From Eledone cirrhosa (taxonomy: Eukaryota): a DNA stretch of 64,000 nt. The stretch covers positions 24,676,001 to 24,740,000 of the forward strand of contig OZ024754.1 in the NCBI GenBank assembly GCA_964016885.1, written 5' to 3'. The notes below the pieces were generated by a model. It did not search any database. It worked only from the letters and a program-made list of their open reading frames with translations, and was not told where the DNA came from. Made by a program: the position numbers and the translations under genes. The stretch's first letter is position 1. Each line of letters opens with the position of its first letter. Positions 58,257-64,000 of the stretch are shown here, piece after piece.

Positions 58257-58285
58257 CAGGCACACACATATATATGTACGTATCA
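57650..58285 (-). mobile_element. Diverged ~1.4-unit copy of the 466-bp retrozyme-like family (HHR at 57942-57985)
   Basis: Clear homology to the array monomer, period ~455 bp, core CTGACGA. Confidence 0.88.
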
Positions 58286-58315
58286 TTTATTATAATGCGA
58301 ACATTTATTATAATG

Positions 58316-58759
<444 letters not shown>

Positions 58760-58869
58760 TTGTAGTGATTAGTTTAACTCTTTGTGCTCTAAAATGGTCA
58801 GAAATTTTCGATATGCCATAAACATAAATTGTACTTAAATTGTAGCGATATCCAAATAGATGACACACT

Positions 58870-59195
58870 ACTACACGGAACTCTCTTCCAACTCCCTCTC
58901 TATATCAATTACCACCACACTATCCCCCTCTATATATCTACCATACTTCACTCTCTCTAATTCCCTCTCACTCTATCCATCACTACCAAACTCTCCCCCT
59001 CTCTATATCTATCAATACCTATCTCTATGAATCCTCTCGCTCTATTCATTACCACCAAACTCTCCCCCTCTCTTCATAAATCATAAAACACTCTCCCAAT
59101 CGTGCTCTCTATATCAATTATCCCCAAACTCTCCCCCTCTCTATATCTACTACACGGAACTATCTTCCAATCACCCTCTCTATATCAATTACCAC
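58870..59195. repeat. Degenerate minisatellite (CTCTATATCAATTACCACCAAACTCTCCCC-like), resuming at 63901-64000
   Basis: The same unit occurs on both sides of LINE copy C. Confidence 0.75.
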
Positions 59196-59397
59196 TTGAT
59201 ATAGACGTGAATTACTTCGCTCCGGACTTTCACGGATTATTGTCAAAAAAAACTGTGAGTTCATTGCTCAATTTAATAGCATTGTTTAGTTTAACCCCTT
59301 GCCTGGGCCTTCAAACGTTGAGTCAACTAATTTTCGCCCCTTTCTGGGGCGAAATTTTCATTTTCATCTCAAAACTGTGTAGACTTGGTAGTCAGCA

Positions 59398-61228
59398 ATG
59401 GATGCCATTTCAACCTCGCACACTGTCGTGAGTGCCACGTTCGCTAAGAAAAGTGGTGGAGGGAAGGTAGGAGTACAAAGCTTGCAGTCTTCCCCCCTCG
59501 CATTATCGAAAAACGTTGAAAATATTGAAACCACGAAACCAAACCCGGTAAATAATACCAGCACCAACAACAAGAACAATGACAACAACACCACAACCAA
59601 CAACTGCAACAATAGCAACACTAAGGAAAACATGAACAATATTACCAACAGTGACAACAACAACAGCAACAAAAAAGACAACAACACCAAAACGACGTTC
59701 GCACAGACTGTAAAAAAAAACGAACTATACACGCCAATTGACATAACAAATGTTAAACAACTACTATAAGACGCAAAACAATTCGTGACTTTTGGCGAAA
59801 ACGGTGCTTTTAGCATCAATTCTCCACAGGAATTACGTAGAGAGCCTGTCCTGAAAACCACAGTTTTCAGGACAATATCGAACGAAACAAGAAAACCATC
59901 TCAATTATCACAAAATGAAATTGAGCTGGTTCTAAAAGGACATAACCTTCATACAAAAAGGAAAACTGTTTGGTAGCATTTCGGTGCTAATGAATAACCA
60001 GTCAACAGCACAAAAATACTCGGTATCACCCATTGTGTCCTCCCGCTTCACCTTTTTCCCCACATACAGGGGAAAAAGGACACAAAGAATAAAAATTATG
60101 AGTATCACACCAAATGTAAATATTTGGTGGATACTATGTGGAATCATTGACTTTGATGAAGACAGGATAATTTCAATAGGAAAGTCCTCCGGAGGTGTAT
60201 TTGGTGGGACCAGCGTAGAAGTTCTGGTGCAAATGAGCCCAGAACGAATAGCGAATATCCCACAACGCGTGCCTCTGGACGGGCTAACTTATATAAACAT
60301 TTCAGTGGAGGGAAGGCAGCCGTCATGTTACCACTGCTTAAGCAGGGGTCACCTGAGGGCTGCCTGTCCTCAATTAACGAGTAAAAAAAAAGGCTCTTCT
60401 GCCAACCCCGAACTCAACAACACAACCACCACCACCACCACCACCACCACCACCACCACCACAACCACAACAACAACAACCACAACAACAACAACCACAA
60501 CAACACGGAAAAATAACAACACAAAACACTGTTCCACCCAACCCCTCCCCACCTAAAACAAATACAAAAGCAACCACAACAAAACCCCAAAATATACCCC
60601 TCCCCAACAACACGGAAGAGGACTCCGTATCAACGTCACCCAGTGACGACGAGGGAGAACCCTTTCAACAGGTGAAAAGGAAAAAAAAGGCACCACATTA
60701 ACAAAAATGCTACAAACACACAACCACCAGCACAAGCAGAACAAACATCACAAACAAAAAAACCCACCCCTCCCCAAAACGCAAACACGCACAAGAACAA
60801 CAAACAAAAACAAACACAACACAACAAAAACGCTATACATACATTAACAAGAACAACTTTGATGAAAGCAATAGAAAACTTTGATGAAAGCAATAGAAAA
60901 TAACCCTTTGGTGGAAACCGAAGGGATCACTTTCACCTACGCAGCGAACAAACCGCACCTAATGATGATTAGGGTCCCAACGGAAACCTATGTAACTTTG
61001 AAAAAGAACCATCCAATGCATGTGGGGACCAACTGCACCAAACCACTTAACGACGTCCTATTGAGATGTTTCCCCACCCCCACACCAGACACCCACACCC
61101 CACCAAACACCCTAATCCCACCATACACTGATGTCCTCACCCCACCACAAACCACCACCCCACCAAACAACCCTTCCAACACCCCCATGGAAATTGTGCA
61201 GCCTGGTCCCCAGGAGACGAAGAGGTAA
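59398..61228 (+). pseudogene. LINE ORF1, disrupted
   Basis: Fragments carry FAQTV, PIDITN and CYHCLSRGHLRAAC, with stops and frameshifts. Confidence 0.85.
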
Positions 61229-61269
61229 GTAATTTCCTTTCCTCTTCCTTTTAACTCTTCAGCACCAAC

Positions 61270-63660
61270 ATGGCCAATATAAGAGTTGGATGTGTGAATG
61301 CACGCGGCCTAGGGATGTCCTGGAAACAGGGCAAACTCTTAAATGACATCAGGTCGCACAGAGTGGATGTAATGGTTATTTGCGAGTCCAGGATCAGCAG
61401 CGAGCGCCAACTGGCCCCCATCCTCGACGACTTTGAGATCTACGCATCTCTCTGTCAGCCGAGGGGTGGGGGTGGGGTTGTCGTTCTGCTGCGAAAATAC
61501 CTGGGTCTTGTCACACAGAAAGTACACCTGGACCCGGAGGGTCGACTGGTGGTTTTAGACGTCGGCAGTGGTGAAGGTGGAGCTTTCAGGCTGGTGGCAG
61601 CGTATGCCCCATCTGGGACACCGCGACCGGACTTCTTCCGACGCCTGGAGAATTTCCTGGGAACGTCTCGCTCCTTGCTTTTAGTGGGGGACTGGAATGG
61701 TATCCTAGATGCACGTTGGGACTATGTAGGGGCATGTCCCGATAGAGGTGGGTGTAACAGCCTCAAACGATTAATCGGCCGATTTGATCTGGCCGATAGA
61801 TATCGACTAGATTTTCCGACTGTGCCACTGTGGACGTGGACTAATCTTAGCGGAACATCTAGGTCGTACCTAGATAGGTTCCTAGTTAGAAATAAGGATA
61901 GGGACATATTAAGCTGTCCACGAATGTTCATGGTTGACTATTCGGATCACAAGTTGGTGACCGGAGTGGTCAACCTTGATAGAACTCATAGACAGGGATC
62001 CGGTTACTGGAAGCTAAACTTGTCTTTACCGACAAACAAAGCTTACAGTAAGCGGATTAGCACACTAGTTAAGCAGCGTTTGACGGGGGCAATTGTCAAC
62101 AACAGGTGGTGGGGCTCTCTCAAGAGAGCAATTAGAATAGAATCGATAGGTTTTAGTCGGGAATTAGCATCAGATAGGAATAGAACCGAAAGGGAATTAA
62201 CAAACAGAGTAGAAGAGGCGATTAGGAGTGGAAACGTGGCCGGCGTGCTGGCGTCAAGAACGGTCCTAGACCAGTTCTTTGATGCGAAGCACGAGGGCTG
62301 CGTTGTCGGGAGTAAAATACGTGCTCTGGGTAACCAGGGAGCCAAAGCTGTTAGCTGGGTCCGAGTGACAGAGGCAAAAAGTGGAAACAAGTCCACGATT
62401 CGGTCTTTGAAGGACCAGGATGGACGCGTGATCCTTGAACCTGAGCGGATGAGCGCAGCCTTTCAACGGCGCTTTGTGCGACTGTTCGGGAGGGGCGGCG
62501 GGCCGGGTGGGGCCATGGATTTCGGTCCATACCTCAACGGTCTGGCGCGGCTCTCGGACGGGGAGGCGAAGTCCTGCGAGAGGCCGATTTCAGCCGCTGA
62601 AATAGGGGAAGCGCTGAGCCAATGCGGCAAACGCAAATCTCCGGGTCTCGATGGTCTACCATACGAACTTTATGTAGCGATGCCGGGCTTGTTCTCCGGT
62701 CTCCTCGAGGCGGTCTACTGCAACTGGCAACAGAACGGGAGAATTCCCAGTTCTGTGACCAAGGGCGTAGTCACGCTGGTGAGGAAGGACGAGAACAAAG
62801 GGGATGACATAGATAACTTCAGGCCCATAACTCTGCTAAACACAGAGTTAAAGATTTTGGGCCCTGTTTGTGAGGCGAGCCTTTCCGAGACTCGTCTCAC
62901 TCACCGAGCTGCAATCCTGGGTCAAGCAAAGACCGAGAAAAGTGGGCACATTGAATGTGCCCAGGCGCTCACGGCCCTCTGGCAAGCGGATCCGGCAATC
63001 AGTGGAGACTCAACCTCAACATTCTATAGAGGTTTGGTGCGCAGTAAGTGCGACGACGCTCTCGGAGAGGCTCTGGGCATGGAGGAAGACGAGCTGGCCA
63101 GTCTATTCGGTAGGACGTTTGGCCCGGGACCGATGGACAACTTCCAAAAGTCCCTGGCTTGGCAATGTTACCGATGAGCTCTACCCGTTCGGGACAAGCT
63201 CTACAGACACGGGCGCCCGGGCAGGGACCCCTCGAAGAAGATCTGTCCAAGATGCGTGCGTGACGAGGAAACCGTCGCACACGCATTCGTACACTGCCCG
63301 GGCGTTGCTGACCTGTGGGGCTATGTAGAACGACTACTGTCGCGGGTGGGACCAATCCGGTTGACCACCGAGAACATTGTCACAATCAAACCGCCTCCCC
63401 CTTTCAAAAACGAAGGAGAGGCGGTTTTCCTCTGTGTGATAGCCATGGCGAAAGAAGTTGTATGGTGGACAAGGTTGAAAGGGCTGAGGTCAGACACCTT
63501 TCTCTCCGGCCAACAACTGGTCTTTTTTTTCAAGTACCACTTTAGAAGAAGGATCAGAATGGAGAGAGAGATGCTCTACCCCAGCAAGTTTTATGAAAGA
63601 TGGGTGAAAGTAGCGAGAATGGCCCGAGTGAATGGGCCTTCTCTCTATATCAGCCTGTAG
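61270..63660 (+). pseudogene. LINE ORF2: intact APE domain, RT core deleted, C-terminal CCHC retained
   Basis: After ...NTELKIL the sequence jumps to the region matching copy B ~12055. No YADD motif. Confidence 0.88.
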
Positions 63661-64000
63661 GTGAGAGAGGAGAAGAATGAGAAGAGGAAGGAAGCACCCG
63701 CTCTTTGTGCTCCTGAAGAGGAGGGTTGCACATTTTTTCGGGGGTGTGTGCGACCCATGTCAACGCCCCTCTCTATTGAGGACATCGATTGTTAAATTTA
63801 ATTTGTTATATGTTTTTTACACGTCTTTTTAAATGTATGTAAACTCCCCCCTTTGTATTTGTCCCAATCTTTGATGCCCTGGTGGCAAATAAATAGAAAT
63901 ATATATCAATTACCACCAATCTCACCCCTCTCCAGATCTGATATCCAACACACTCTCTCAACCTTCCTCTCTATGTCAATTACTGCCAAACTCTCCCCCT

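Larger units (their letters stand above)
59196..63900 (+). mobile_element. Tx1-like LINE copy C (diverged subfamily, RT domain deleted)
   Basis: Homologous to copy B throughout. Candidate target-site duplication TATATCAATTACCAC at 59181-59195 and 63902-63916. Confidence 0.9.

Overview
Eukaryotic, repeat-dense DNA with no recognisable host exons. The microsatellite load and SINE types suggest a cephalopod (octopus-like) genome, but that is inference. The window holds three Tx1-like L1-clade LINE copies, tRNA-derived SINEs, a ~10-kb 15-bp minisatellite and many microsatellites. The main discovery is a set of hammerhead-ribozyme (HHR)-bearing non-coding elements. The largest is an ~8.4-kb array (18765-27132) of ~18 apparently identical 466-bp monomers, each carrying a type I HHR, in two head-to-head arms anchored in (TA)n tracts. 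The inversion junction falls at the predicted self-cleavage site. At least 8 other HHR-carrying element families occur in the window, mostly TA-anchored. Those arranged as foldbacks all share the same polarity, and some show circular permutation or an upstream octamer motif. This looks like a retrozyme/Penelope-type circRNA retroposition system targeting (TA)n microsatellites. All folds were read by eye; nothing was computed or searched.
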